Below, in pieces: positions 1 through 9,750 of a stretch of 64,000 bases of DNA. The notes beneath the pieces were generated by a model. That model saw only the letters and a program-made list of their open reading frames with translations, made no database searches and was not told where the DNA came from. Position 1 is the first letter of the stretch. Every line of letters begins with the position of its first letter. The position numbers were made by a program, and so were the translations under genes. The DNA is from Acidimicrobiales bacterium (GTDB lineage Bacteria; Actinomycetota; Acidimicrobiia; Acidimicrobiales; Aldehydirespiratoraceae), in NCBI GenBank assembly GCA_029246685.1, contig JAQWMR010000013.1, forward strand, positions 192,181-256,180, written 5' to 3'.

Positions 1-473
1 CCGGCGCAGCCTCTCCCCTGCTCGGCGACGTGCTCGATCGGATCGGCGCCGCGCTTGGCGGTGATCTGGAGAGTCGGGCGGCCAGTCGGGCCGCAAGCCT
101 CGTCGTTTCCGCGGACGGTGCGCACGCCACGCATCCCAACTACGCGGATCGTCACGAACCGGATCATCAGATCGCGGTGAACGCCGGACCGGTCCTCAAG
201 ATCAACGCGAACCAGCGCTACGCAACCGATGCCGAGACGGCCGCGGTCTTCACGCTCGCGTGCGAAGCGGCCGAGGTGCCCATGCAGCGATTCGTCAATC
301 GCACCGATCTGGCGTGCGGATCGACGATCGGGCCGATCTCCGCCGGGCAACTCGGCATACCCGTCGTCGATGCCGGCTGCGCTCAGCTCGCGATGCACTC
401 CGCTCGGGAGATGGCAGGTAGCCACGACCCGGCGATGTTCCTCGCGGCGCTGACGGTGCTGCTCAGCGCCTGA
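1..473 (+). CDS. M18-family (aspartyl) aminopeptidase, C-terminal part; 5' end lies outside the window
   Basis: The frame of ORF 30..473 is open to the window edge. The C-terminal segment ([30 protein letters not shown]) resembles M18 aminopeptidases. Confidence 0.7.
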   Translation, partial: GAASPLLGDVLDRIGAALGGDLESRAASRAASLVVSADGAHATHPNYADRHEPDHQIAVNAGPVLKINANQRYATDAETAAVFTLACEAAEVPMQRFVNRTDLACGSTIGPISAGQLGIPVVDAGCAQLAMHSAREMAGSHDPAMFLAALTVLLSA

Positions 474-2040
474 TCGCGTCGCTCACCACGCGGTACGGCG
501 CGGCGAACATGAGCAGCATCGGGAAGATCTCGAGGCGGCCGATCAGCATGAACGCAGCGAGCACGAGCCGCGCCGGTTCGGGGAATGCATCGGAGAAGTT
601 GGCGGTGGGGCCGGCCTCCCCCAGCGCGGGCCCCATGTTGCCGAGGGAGCCGATAACCGCGCCGATCGACTCCTCGAAGCCACCGCCGAGCCCGGTGACG
701 AGAACGACGCCCACAGAGATGAGGAGAACGTAGAGCAGGAAGAAGCCGGCCATACGGCTCACGATGTCCTCGGCGACCGCGAACTTTCCGTGTTTGACGG
801 GAAGGACCGCTTGGGGCTGTTGCGTTCGTCGAATCGATCGAATCGTGTGCGCGAAGAGGACCTGGACGCGCATCACCTTGATGCCACCGGAGGTGGAACC
901 GGTGGAGCCACCCATGACGAACAGGAACAGGATGACTATCTGCGCGCCGGATGCCCAGTGCACGAAGTCGCCCGGGGCCTCTGCTCCGGTTGCGTTGCCG
1001 AAGCCGGTGCTGGTGCCGAGGGCCACGACGTTGAAGCCGCCATAGCGCATCGCGTCTCCGAGCCCATCGACCGGATCGCCGCTGTCGAGCCAGAGGAGCA
1101 GCACGACGACCGAGACGGCGACCAGCAGAATCCCGAGGAATGTCCGGAGCTCCGAATCGCGGCTGTAGGCCGTGAGCTCACCCCGCGCCGCTCGCCAATG
1201 CAGCGAGAAGTTGATGCCGCCATAGAGCATCCCGGCGATGATCGCGATTTCGACCGCGAGGCTGTCGTAGTGCCCGATCGACTCGCTGTAGGGCGAGAAG
1301 CCACCCGTGGATGTGGTGCTGAGCGCATGGGCGACGCTGTCGTAGAAGCTCGGTCCGGGGATGACGAAGAGCACCGCCATGACGGTGAGCGTGAAGAGAA
1401 CGTAGATGACCCACAGCTGGCGAGCGGTCTCGGACACCCTGGGGGCGAGGCGGTCCGAGCTCGGTCCTGGCGCCTCGGCCGTGATGAGGTCCAATCCGCC
1501 GACGCCGAGGAACGGCAGGACCGAGACTGCGAGCACCACGATGCCCATGCCGCCGTACCACTGCGTTGCCTGCCGGTAGAGGAGCATCCCCCGGCCATGA
1601 CCACTGAAGTCGGTGAGCGCGGTTGAGCCGGTGGCGCTGAATCCCGACGCCGACTCGAAGATCGAGTTGACGACCTGTTCCACGAAGTCCGTGCCCGGCG
1701 TCGCGAACGTTCCGGCGATGATGAATGGGAGGGAGCCGATGAGTGTGACGGACAGCCACGTCCAGCCGACTGCGGCGAACACCTCTCGGGTGCGCACCGT
1801 GCCGGCGCGAGTGAAGTACCAGAGAAGCCCGCCCAGACTTCCGCAGACCACGGTGCTGATCGCGAGCGCACCTGTGTCGAGGTTGGTCGACGCCAACTCG
1901 ACGACCGTCGTGATCCCCATACCCGCCGATACGAAGGTCAGCGCGATCCCCGCGACGTGCAGCGCGGTGTTCGGCCGCCCGCGAGGCGGGCGAGCCAGCG
2001 CGGTTCCGTCACTGGAGCGGTGGCTCGTAAGCAGGTTCAT
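463..2040 (-). CDS. trkH: TrkH-family K+ uptake membrane subunit (copy 1)
   Basis: ORF 463..2322 trimmed to ATG 2040 (MNLLTSH), which overlaps the stop of the upstream copy (ATGA). Polytopic protein with repeated TrkH-type pore motifs ([31 protein letters not shown]). Confidence 0.8.
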   Translation of the reverse strand: MNLLTSHRSSDGTALARPPRGRPNTALHVAGIALTFVSAGMGITTVVELASTNLDTGALAISTVVCGSLGGLLWYFTRAGTVRTREVFAAVGWTWLSVTLIGSLPFIIAGTFATPGTDFVEQVVNSIFESASGFSATGSTALTDFSGHGRGMLLYRQATQWYGGMGIVVLAVSVLPFLGVGGLDLITAEAPGPSSDRLAPRVSETARQLWVIYVLFTLTVMAVLFVIPGPSFYDSVAHALSTTSTGGFSPYSESIGHYDSLAVEIAIIAGMLYGGINFSLHWRAARGELTAYSRDSELRTFLGILLVAVSVVVLLLWLDSGDPVDGLGDAMRYGGFNVVALGTSTGFGNATGAEAPGDFVHWASGAQIVILFLFVMGGSTGSTSGGIKVMRVQVLFAHTIRSIRRTQQPQAVLPVKHGKFAVAEDIVSRMAGFFLLYVLLISVGVVLVTGLGGGFEESIGAVIGSLGNMGPALGEAGPTANFSDAFPEPARLVLAAFMLIGRLEIFPMLLMFAAPYRVVSDAIRR

Positions 2041-3548
2041 CGCACGAACACCTTGCGGACAACACGGCGAACGCGTCGGGCAAGTTCGTTCTCGAGTCGG
2101 AAGCCGAAGGACAGCGCGAGAAGCAGGGGAAGGATGCTCAGGCGTCCGGCCAACATGAACGGCGTGAGGAGGAGCCGGGCCGGCGGCGAGAACGACTCGA
2201 GGCTGCCGTAAGCCCCAGGGCCCACGCCGGGGCCGTGGGTGGAGATCACCGAGATCCCGGTGTAGAGCGCGGCGAGGACGTCGGTCCCGGCAATGGCAAG
2301 CAGAAACGCAGCGCAGCCACACAACCCGAGGTGGGCGATCTGGTAGCCCGTCGTCCGTTCGAGGGCCCGCTCATCGATGGGCTCTCCCGCCTGCTTCACC
2401 ACGGCTGCGGAATGCGGATCGAGCTGGCGGCGCAACTCACGGCTGGCGAAACCGACGAGCGTCCACGCGCGAAGCACCCGGAGGCCGCCGCCGGCGCTGG
2501 CCGACATCGAGCCGGTGCCGATGATGACGAGCAGCACCATCAGGACGGAATCGCTCAGTGCAGTCCACTCGCCGACGGCGAAGCCCGTCGTGCTCGCCGC
2601 GGACACCGTGGTGAACACCGACTCGCCGATGCTCATGCCTTCCCCACTGAGCGCGAGTAGGACCGAGCCGGCCGCGAGGATGCCGAGGTAGAGGCGGAGT
2701 TCGGTGCTGCGCAGGATCGATGCCGACCGACCGCGGAGGGCCCACCAGATGACGATGAAGCTTGTGCCGCCGATGGCCATCCCGATGGTAGCCACGGTCC
2801 GGGGACCGGCCCCGAGCCCGGCGAAGGAGTCGACCTTGCTCGAGAAGCCGCCGGTCGACACCGTGGTGAACGTGTGGACGAGGCTGTCGCGTGCGCCGAG
2901 ACCGGTGGCCACATAGCCGAGCCCGACAAGTGTGGAGATTGCGCCGTACACGAGCATCACTCGCCGTCGGCCGACCACCGGCGTGGGGGCAAGCCGCTCT
3001 CGCGCATGCTGGCCTTCACGGGAGAGCATGCCGCCCCGCAGCGCCAGCGGAAGAGACACCACGCCGACGATGATGCCGACGAGCCCACCGATCCACTGTG
3101 TTCCCGCCCGCCAAAGCTGCATCGGCACGTTGAGCTCGCTCGGATCGAGGGTGGTGAGCGACGTCGTGCTGAAACCGGCCGCAGACTCCACGAACGCGTC
3201 GTCGACGCGGTCAATCGTGCCGGTGGCCAGATAGACACCGGTGCCGATGACCACGAGGGTGAGCCACGTGAACGCGAGCCCGCTGAGCACTCGCCCCGGC
3301 GACGGCCGGTGGGTGCGATCGAGGGTGCGACGGGCCAGTAGCGCGAAGGCGATCGAGGCGAGGCCCAGGCCGATCAGGAACAGCGCGTCGCCGGCATCAT
3401 CGAAGAGACCGAGCACGCCGCAGGTGATGCTGACGATGCCGAGCACCGCCGTCGCCTCGGCGACCGCCAGACGGGAGTAGCTGGTGGGGCGCGCCCCTCG
3501 CAGTTCCAGGCGAGGGGCCGAGATGCGGGGCGCGCGTTGCGTGGTCAC
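2037..3548 (-). CDS. trkH: TrkH-family K+ uptake membrane subunit (copy 2)
   Basis: GTG 3548 overlaps the trkA stop (GTGA). Polytopic protein with TrkH-like motifs (GFSTTS, STGGFSS, STTGF, SAGGGLRV). Confidence 0.8.
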   Translation of the reverse strand: MTTQRAPRISAPRLELRGARPTSYSRLAVAEATAVLGIVSITCGVLGLFDDAGDALFLIGLGLASIAFALLARRTLDRTHRPSPGRVLSGLAFTWLTLVVIGTGVYLATGTIDRVDDAFVESAAGFSTTSLTTLDPSELNVPMQLWRAGTQWIGGLVGIIVGVVSLPLALRGGMLSREGQHARERLAPTPVVGRRRVMLVYGAISTLVGLGYVATGLGARDSLVHTFTTVSTGGFSSKVDSFAGLGAGPRTVATIGMAIGGTSFIVIWWALRGRSASILRSTELRLYLGILAAGSVLLALSGEGMSIGESVFTTVSAASTTGFAVGEWTALSDSVLMVLLVIIGTGSMSASAGGGLRVLRAWTLVGFASRELRRQLDPHSAAVVKQAGEPIDERALERTTGYQIAHLGLCGCAAFLLAIAGTDVLAALYTGISVISTHGPGVGPGAYGSLESFSPPARLLLTPFMLAGRLSILPLLLALSFGFRLENELARRVRRVVRKVFVR

Positions 3549-4888
3549 CCCAGGACTCGGTGGACCTCGTCGACGGCCTCGGGCATCGCGAACGCGACGA
3601 TGTGGTCCCGTCCCCGTAGCCGACTGCGGCCGCGGGCGATCTGTGCCTTGCCGTCGCGCACCAGCGCGCCGATGAGGACGTCCTTGGGGAGACCGAGGTC
3701 CTTCACGAGCGCGCCGTCGGCCGGACTCTCGGGAGCGACTTCGAGCTCGAGGACTTCGGCGTTGCCTTGGAGGAAGGTCGCGACGGCGGCGACATCGCCG
3801 CGCACGAAGCGGAGTACACCGTTTGCCGTCGCCGTCCGCGGCGAAAGGGCGACGTCGACGCCCGCTTGGCCGAGCAGCGACAGCAATGCGAGCCGGTGGA
3901 CTGTAGCGACTGTCTCACCGGCGCCGACGGACTTGGCGTAGAGGCAGGCGAGGATGTTGGCGTCGTCCTCACCCGTGAGCGCGACCACCATGTCGTAACG
4001 GCCGATGTCGGCCTCTTCGAGCAGGTCGGCGTCGGCGATGTCGCCTTCGAGAATGAGCGCGTCGTGCAGGTGCTCGGCAAGCTCACGTGCGCGGTCGGGA
4101 TTGCGTTCGACGATGACTACCTGCACGCCGCGGGCCGTGAGGCGCTCTGCCAGGATCTCGGCAGTACGGCCGCCGCCCAGCAGCATGATGCGGTTGAGTG
4201 AGCCCCGGTCGAGGCCGAGCAGCTCGACGACCAGGCGCCGGGCGCGGCGCTTGACCGCGACGCGGAGGTGATCCCCCGCTTCGAGTCGATGATCACGGCG
4301 GGGAATGATCGTCTCGTCGCCCCGACCGATCGAGCCGACGACGAAGTCCCAATCAGGCTCGAACTCTTCGCCGATCTCCTTCAGGGTTCGGCCGACGAGT
4401 GGAGCGTGTTCCGGCAGACGAGCGCCGATCACGATCACCTCGTTCTCGGCCATGTACGCGACCTCGTCCGCGCCGGGGAAGTCCAGGAGTTCGAGGACTT
4501 CGGCTGCGGTCTCGGCATCAGGATCGATCACCAGGTCCGCACCGGATGCCTCTCGTACGCCCTCGGCCTCGGGGGCACGCAGCTCGGCGGCCTCGATGCG
4601 CACGATGGTGCGGGCGACGCCGATGGACTTGGCGAGCAGTGAGGCGATGAGGTTGACCTCGTCGTTGCTGGTGACCGCAACCAACAGGTCGGCATCGGCT
4701 ACACCGGCGCGTTCGAGCACCTGGGGGTGGGTGCCGCTTCCGGCAACGGTGAGGACGTCGAGGTCGTCCGCGAGTTGGCGTAGGCGGGCGACGTCGCGGT
4801 CCACGATGGCCACATCGTGCCCCTCGCGACTCAGCCGGTCAGCGACATAGGAGCCGACTTCGCCGGCCCCGACCACGATCACGTGCAC
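3545..4888 (-). CDS. trkA: Trk system NAD-binding peripheral subunit TrkA (two RCK repeats)
   Basis: N-terminal Rossmann motif VVGAGEVGSYVA and a second repeat LLGGGRTAE. The 447-aa two-repeat architecture heads the trkA-trkH-trkH operon. Confidence 0.9.
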   Translation of the reverse strand: MHVIVVGAGEVGSYVADRLSREGHDVAIVDRDVARLRQLADDLDVLTVAGSGTHPQVLERAGVADADLLVAVTSNDEVNLIASLLAKSIGVARTIVRIEAAELRAPEAEGVREASGADLVIDPDAETAAEVLELLDFPGADEVAYMAENEVIVIGARLPEHAPLVGRTLKEIGEEFEPDWDFVVGSIGRGDETIIPRRDHRLEAGDHLRVAVKRRARRLVVELLGLDRGSLNRIMLLGGGRTAEILAERLTARGVQVVIVERNPDRARELAEHLHDALILEGDIADADLLEEADIGRYDMVVALTGEDDANILACLYAKSVGAGETVATVHRLALLSLLGQAGVDVALSPRTATANGVLRFVRGDVAAVATFLQGNAEVLELEVAPESPADGALVKDLGLPKDVLIGALVRDGKAQIARGRSRLRGRDHIVAFAMPEAVDEVHRVLG

Positions 4889-4921
4889 GGCTCTTTTCTA
4901 CTCCGTCCGCCAGGAAAGCGG

Positions 4922-5521
4922 TCAGATGGAGGGGTCGAGAATCCCGGCGCGGAACTCCAGCACCTCGTCCTCCGTCACCACGGCGTCGAGAGGCTGATCC
5001 CAGCTCTCCACGGGCACTGCGTCCACCTGCTGGAAGCTATGGGCGATCCCGACCACCACAGGCCGGTTCTCGCCACAGGACGCAAGCGCGCGATCGTAGA
5101 AGCCGCCGCCCTGGCCCAGCCGATTTCCTGACGCGTCGAACGCGACCAGCGGCGCCAGGATGACGTCGTGCGCCCGCAGCGCAAGGGACTCGACACCTGT
5201 TGGCTCGGCGATACCGAACGACCCCTCGATCGTCGCCTGGTCGTCGCTCCAGCGGACGAACTCCAGGTGCTCCCCGGTGACCCGGGGCACGGTCACGACT
5301 GCGCCCCGCTCAGCGAGAAGAATGAGAGCCGCATCGATGTCGAGCTCGCCGCGCACGGCGCGGTAGCCGGAGATCGCCGTGGCTCGGCGCAGGAGCGGGA
5401 TCCGGGCCAGGCGGGCCATGACCGCCATCGACGCGGCGGCCTGATCGTCGAGATCCAGTTCGGCCCGTCGGGTGCTCATGACGAGCCGCATCGCCCGTCG
5501 TTCGTCTACCGCTTCGCTCAT
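4922..5521 (-). CDS. 5-formyltetrahydrofolate cyclo-ligase
   Basis: ORF 4922..5818 trimmed to ATG 5521 (MSEAVDERR). The C-terminal motif LVAFDASGNRLGQGGGFYDR is typical of the family. The discarded N-terminal 99 codons are Arg/Gly-rich and overlap the terminator. Confidence 0.8.
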   Translation of the reverse strand: MSEAVDERRAMRLVMSTRRAELDLDDQAAASMAVMARLARIPLLRRATAISGYRAVRGELDIDAALILLAERGAVVTVPRVTGEHLEFVRWSDDQATIEGSFGIAEPTGVESLALRAHDVILAPLVAFDASGNRLGQGGGFYDRALASCGENRPVVVGIAHSFQQVDAVPVESWDQPLDAVVTEDEVLEFRAGILDPSI

Positions 5522-5578
5522 CGAAGCCACGGTATCGCCCGGGACCTGTGGCGTGAATGAGCCGGACGACCCCGAAAA

Positions 5579-5615
5579 CGAGAATGGACAGGGGTCAGAC
5601 CCCTGTCCATTCTCG
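5579..5615 (-). terminator. Intrinsic terminator downstream of the pyrophosphatase gene
   Basis: Perfect 18-bp inverted repeat (CGAGAATGGACAGGGGTC / GACCCCTGTCCATTCTCG) around one central base. On the minus strand it is followed by TTTTCGGGG, and it starts 17 nt after the hppA stop. Confidence 0.75.
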
Positions 5616-5631
5616 AAACTGTGTTCGTTGG

Positions 5632-7737
5632 CTAGACGAAGGCGCTGGCGAACACCAGCGAGACGATCGTCATCACCTTGAGGAGGATGTTCATCGCCGG
5701 ACCGGAGGTGTCCTTGAAGGGATCGCCGACGGTGTCGCCGACGACGGCAGCCTTGTGGTTGTCGGAACCCTTGCCACCATGGGCACCGGCCTCGATGTAC
5801 TTCTTCGCGTTGTCCCACGCTCCGCCCGCGTTGGCCATGAAGATCGCCAGAGCGAAGCCGGTCACGAGAGCACCGGCGAGCAGGCCGCCGAGCGCATCGA
5901 CGTCAATGAAGCCGACAACGAGAGGAACAACCACGGCGAGTGCGCCGGGGATGATCATCTCCTTGAGGGATGCCTCGGTGGAGATCTGCACGCAACGGGC
6001 AGAGTCGGGCACGACGCCCTCCTTGCCCTCGCGCAGTCCCGGAATCTCCCGGAATTGGCGACGCACTTCCTCGATCATCGCTGCGGCCGCACGACCGACA
6101 GCGTCGATCGTGAGCGCGGCGAACAGGAACGGAAGTCCGGCTCCGAGGAACAGGCCGATGAAGACGTCGACCTCACCGATGTTGAGGCTCAACGTGCCGC
6201 CCTCTTGGATGACAGCGAACTCGAAGCTCTTGAACAGCGCCAGCGCGGTCAGCGCGGCCGAACCGACCGCGAAGCCCTTCGCGATCGCCGCGGTGGTGTT
6301 GCCGAGCGAGTCGAGTGCGTCTGTGACCTCGCGGACCGATGGGTCGAGCTCCGCCATCTCGGCGATACCGCCGGCATTGTCAGCGATCGGGCCATAAGCG
6401 TCGACCGAGACGACCACACCGGTAGTCGCGAGCATGCCGATGGCCGCGACAGCGATGCCGTAGATGCCACCGCCTACGCCAAGCTGGTCGCCGAGCGTCT
6501 GCTCGCCGCCCCAGTACGCGATGCCGATGCCGGCGAGGATCAGGCCGACGGACGCTGCCACGGAGATCATGCCGGCGCTGATGCCGGAGAGGATCGTCGT
6601 CGCCGGGCCGGTTTCGGTCTGTGCCGCGATCTTCTTGACGGGACCGTAGTGGTCCGAGGTGTAGTACTCGGCGGTCTTGCCGAGCGCCCAACCGGCCAGA
6701 AGGCCGCCGATGACCGAGATCGCAAGTCCGTAGGGAGCTTCCTCGGAGAAGATGTCGCCATCGCCGAACATCCAATACGCAACGCCCACCGTCGCGATGA
6801 CGGTTAGTCCCATGGCCACGTTGGTGCCCATGTGCAGCGCCTTGCTCAGCGCCTTGCTGTCCGTGCTGTCGCCTCCCTTGACCAGGAACGAGCCGAGGAT
6901 CGAGGCGATCATGCCGACGAAGGCGATCGCCATCGGGAACATGAGGAGCTCGACCGTGCCGACGTTCCCAGCGTCGACGGCGGCGAGGCCGCCTGCGGTC
7001 GCAAACGCGGTGAGGGCGACCGGGGCGATGATCGAACCCGCGTAGGACTCGAAGAGGTCGGCGCCCATGCCGGCGACGGCGCCGACGTTGTCGCCGACGG
7101 TGTCCGCGATGGTGGCGGGGTTGCGGGGATCGTCCTCGGGGATGCCGGCTTCGACCTTGCCGACGAGGTCGGCGCCGACGTCAGCGGCCTTGGTGTAGAT
7201 GCCGCCACCCACGCGGGAGAAGAGAGCGATGGACGACGCGCCGAGACCATAGGCCGTGACGATCTCGAAGGCGTTCTCGACTTCGAACCACTCGACGAAC
7301 GCGAGGTACGTGAGCATGAGGCCGGCGAGGGCGAGGCCCGCGACCGAGAATCCCATGACCGCACCGCCGCGGAAGGCGACCGGAAGTGCCTTGGCCGGCC
7401 CTTCCTTGGCCGCTTCGGTCGTGCGAGCGTTCGCCATGGTGGCGACGGTCATGCCGACGTATCCGGCAGTGGCCGAGAGAACGGCACCGAGGAGATAACT
7501 CACCGAGGCGAGCGGATCGATCACGATCGCCAGAAGGATCATCATGGCGACGACGAAGAACGAGACCCAGGTGTACTCCTGTTTCAGGAACGCCTTGGCG
7601 CCCTTCTGGATCTCCGTCATGAGGAAGACCATGCGGTCGTTGCCCGGAGGGGCAGCCTCGACGGCCTTGTAATAGAAACCGGCCACCAAGAGCCCGGCTA
7701 CCGCCGAGATCAGGGCCAGATAGGGAACGGCGCTCAC
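5632..7737 (-). CDS. hppA: Membrane-bound proton/sodium-translocating inorganic pyrophosphatase
   Basis: 701-aa polytopic protein with diagnostic motifs (GGIYTKAADVGADLVGKVE, DNVGDNVGA, GNTTAAIAKGFA, GGAWDNAKKY, VGDTVGDPFKDT). GTG start is preceded by GGAGA. Confidence 0.95.
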   Translation of the reverse strand: MSAVPYLALISAVAGLLVAGFYYKAVEAAPPGNDRMVFLMTEIQKGAKAFLKQEYTWVSFFVVAMMILLAIVIDPLASVSYLLGAVLSATAGYVGMTVATMANARTTEAAKEGPAKALPVAFRGGAVMGFSVAGLALAGLMLTYLAFVEWFEVENAFEIVTAYGLGASSIALFSRVGGGIYTKAADVGADLVGKVEAGIPEDDPRNPATIADTVGDNVGAVAGMGADLFESYAGSIIAPVALTAFATAGGLAAVDAGNVGTVELLMFPMAIAFVGMIASILGSFLVKGGDSTDSKALSKALHMGTNVAMGLTVIATVGVAYWMFGDGDIFSEEAPYGLAISVIGGLLAGWALGKTAEYYTSDHYGPVKKIAAQTETGPATTILSGISAGMISVAASVGLILAGIGIAYWGGEQTLGDQLGVGGGIYGIAVAAIGMLATTGVVVSVDAYGPIADNAGGIAEMAELDPSVREVTDALDSLGNTTAAIAKGFAVGSAALTALALFKSFEFAVIQEGGTLSLNIGEVDVFIGLFLGAGLPFLFAALTIDAVGRAAAAMIEEVRRQFREIPGLREGKEGVVPDSARCVQISTEASLKEMIIPGALAVVVPLVVGFIDVDALGGLLAGALVTGFALAIFMANAGGAWDNAKKYIEAGAHGGKGSDNHKAAVVGDTVGDPFKDTSGPAMNILLKVMTIVSLVFASAFV

Positions 7738-7809
7738 GAATTCTCCTGTTCGTCGCCTCGTGAAGCGGTAGTCCGGAGGTGGATTCCCGCATGAAAAGAC
7801 CGGGACACG

Positions 7810-8610
7810 CTACCCAGTTGCGTTCCCAGTCGCCCACTTGACCACGATGTCGGCCAACTGCCGCGCATGGTCCGGGGCCGTGAAGAGATGGTCGGCGCCC
7901 TCGACGACGACGCGATCGCCGTTGCCGGCGGCAGCCAATGCGGCGGTCTGGTCCGCTCCAACGATCTTGTCATCGCCCGCCTCGACGACCAGGAACGGGC
8001 GGTCGAGAGACGCCGCCGCGTCCGTGACCGAGTGCGTGTCGAGGTCTTCGATGAAGGTCGGGTCGAGTGCGAACGGCCGTCCGCCCACCGCGATCTCGAA
8101 GCGCTCCGTCGCGGTCTCGGCATCGTTGGGCAGCAGGTGGCGGATGTGGGCGACGTCGGCCGGTGACGCAACCGCGATCACCGCGTCCACGGTCTTCAGC
8201 GAGGCCGCGGCGAGGACGGCGGCGCTTCCGCCCAGGCTGTGGCCGAGGAGCAGGCACGGACCGATACGGCGTTCGAGCATGGCGCTCGCAGCGCGACGAA
8301 GGTCGGCGACATTGGTACTCACCGATGTACTCGCGAACTCCCCGGCACTGTCCCCGAGCCCGGTGAAGTCGAACGCGAGCGTGAGCCAGCCTGCATCGAC
8401 GAACGCCCGAGAGAGACGCGTGACCGTGTGGAGATCCTTCGAGCACGTGAAGCAATGCGCCATCAGCACGCTGCCCCGGACGTCGCCCGCCGGGCGCTGA
8501 ACGACTGCACTGAGTCGCGTGCCGGCTCCCCCGACGAACTCGAACCGTTCAGCTGCCATCCGTTCAGCCATCCCTCCAGCCATCTGGCCGACGATAGGTC
8601 GGTCGGACAC
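7810..8610 (-). CDS. Alpha/beta-fold hydrolase
   Basis: Nucleophile elbow GHSLGG, with downstream Asp/His-type segments (VVEAGDDK, GADHLF). The start is uncertain (GTG 8610 or an internal ATG). Confidence 0.7.
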   Translation of the reverse strand: MSDRPIVGQMAGGMAERMAAERFEFVGGAGTRLSAVVQRPAGDVRGSVLMAHCFTCSKDLHTVTRLSRAFVDAGWLTLAFDFTGLGDSAGEFASTSVSTNVADLRRAASAMLERRIGPCLLLGHSLGGSAAVLAAASLKTVDAVIAVASPADVAHIRHLLPNDAETATERFEIAVGGRPFALDPTFIEDLDTHSVTDAAASLDRPFLVVEAGDDKIVGADQTAALAAAGNGDRVVVEGADHLFTAPDHARQLADIVVKWATGNATG

Positions 8611-8756
8611 AGCTCCCGGCGAATCCCCCCGTCAGCGATCGAGCCGAGCACCCTGCGTCGAGTTTGCATGACGGTCCCGCAACGAACGGGGCGCATGTCC
8701 CGCCGCCACGAACCGCGCCGCCGATGGAGCGACAGACAACGCAAAGGGAGAAGCGC

Positions 8757-9209
8757 ATGCGTTCGATCCGACGATCGACTCAGACCACTCCCGTCGCGAG
8801 CGGCGGGTGGGCACAACTACTGGAGAACGAGGAACGCTACATCGCCTCGCAGGGCTTTGGTGCCGGCGTGCTCGTCGTCAACTTCGGCGGCGAACTGCTC
8901 CGTCACGCCGGTGACGACACTCGGGCCCTCACCGAGGTCGCGGTACTCGCCATCATCGATCGCCGCCTTAGCTGGACCGATCGCAGCGAGACGATCGCCG
9001 CGGGTCGACTTGGCGTGACTGACGTGCCGATCGACGGAGCGCTCACGCTCTCCCGTCGCGTTCGAGAGCTGCACCGCGACCTGGGGGAATGCGGTCTGGA
9101 CATCGACGCGGCGTACAGCGTCCGCCGTCGCAGCGGCGGTCTGCAAGCCGCCGCCGCTCGTGCTGACGCGGCGCTAGACACAGCGCGCGCACGTTGCGCC
9201 AAGGGCTGA
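8757..9209 (+). CDS. Hypothetical protein
   Basis: ORF 8664..9209 trimmed to ATG 8757, which is preceded by AAGGGAGAAG. I recognise no family. Confidence 0.4.
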   Translation: MRSIRRSTQTTPVASGGWAQLLENEERYIASQGFGAGVLVVNFGGELLRHAGDDTRALTEVAVLAIIDRRLSWTDRSETIAAGRLGVTDVPIDGALTLSRRVRELHRDLGECGLDIDAAYSVRRRSGGLQAAAARADAALDTARARCAKG

Positions 9210-9246
9210 AACGACCCGTAGGCCTTCGCTGAGCCAGACTGGCTCG

Positions 9247-9750
9247 GTGGATCTGGCCAGAGCGCGCACCATCCTCGGCGTCGGTCCCGATGTCGACTCA
9301 GAAGAGCTCCGTGCTGCGCATCGGCAAGCGATTCGAACTGCACACCCGGATGCCGGAGGAAGTGCCCGCGCCGCCGCTGACGTGAACGCCGCACTCGAGT
9401 TCCTGCTCGATCCACCTCATCCACCGCCACCCCCGACGCCGCCGTCCCCGACAGATGTCACGGAGGGAGCGGATCGCGTCTACGTGGTGGACGAGCCGCC
9501 GGATGAGTTGCTTCTCCGGCTCGCTGACGCCGGTCACTCGGTCGGCGAGGTCGTGTTCGTGGATCCGCACGTCGGCATCCTCGAGATCGTCGTCGGGGTG
9601 CCTCCGGCGGTCGGTCAACTTGCCGTGAGCGTCGGCTCTCCGAGCGAGACCGGCACGCCGGTTGCGTTCACGTTGGAACCGCTCGGTGTAACCCCGGCGC
9701 CGCCGATCACCGAGGTGGTCGGCTCGTTGATGGAGGCGCTCAGGCGCTGA
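9247..9750 (+). CDS. J-domain (DnaJ-like) protein with poly-Pro linker and uncharacterised C-terminal domain
   Basis: N-terminal ILGVGPDVDSEELRAAHRQAIRTAHPD contains the HPD tripeptide, followed by PPHPPPPPTPPSP. There is no Zn-finger or DnaJ C-terminal domain. Confidence 0.65.
   Translation: MDLARARTILGVGPDVDSEELRAAHRQAIRTAHPDAGGSARAAADVNAALEFLLDPPHPPPPPTPPSPTDVTEGADRVYVVDEPPDELLLRLADAGHSVGEVVFVDPHVGILEIVVGVPPAVGQLAVSVGSPSETGTPVAFTLEPLGVTPAPPITEVVGSLMEALRR

Noticed and set aside
5557-7794. Long plus-strand ORFs (5557..6807, 6832..7794) opposite hppA
   Set aside because: hppA is unambiguous along its full length. The antisense translations are Asp/Arg/Gly-rich with no family resemblance.
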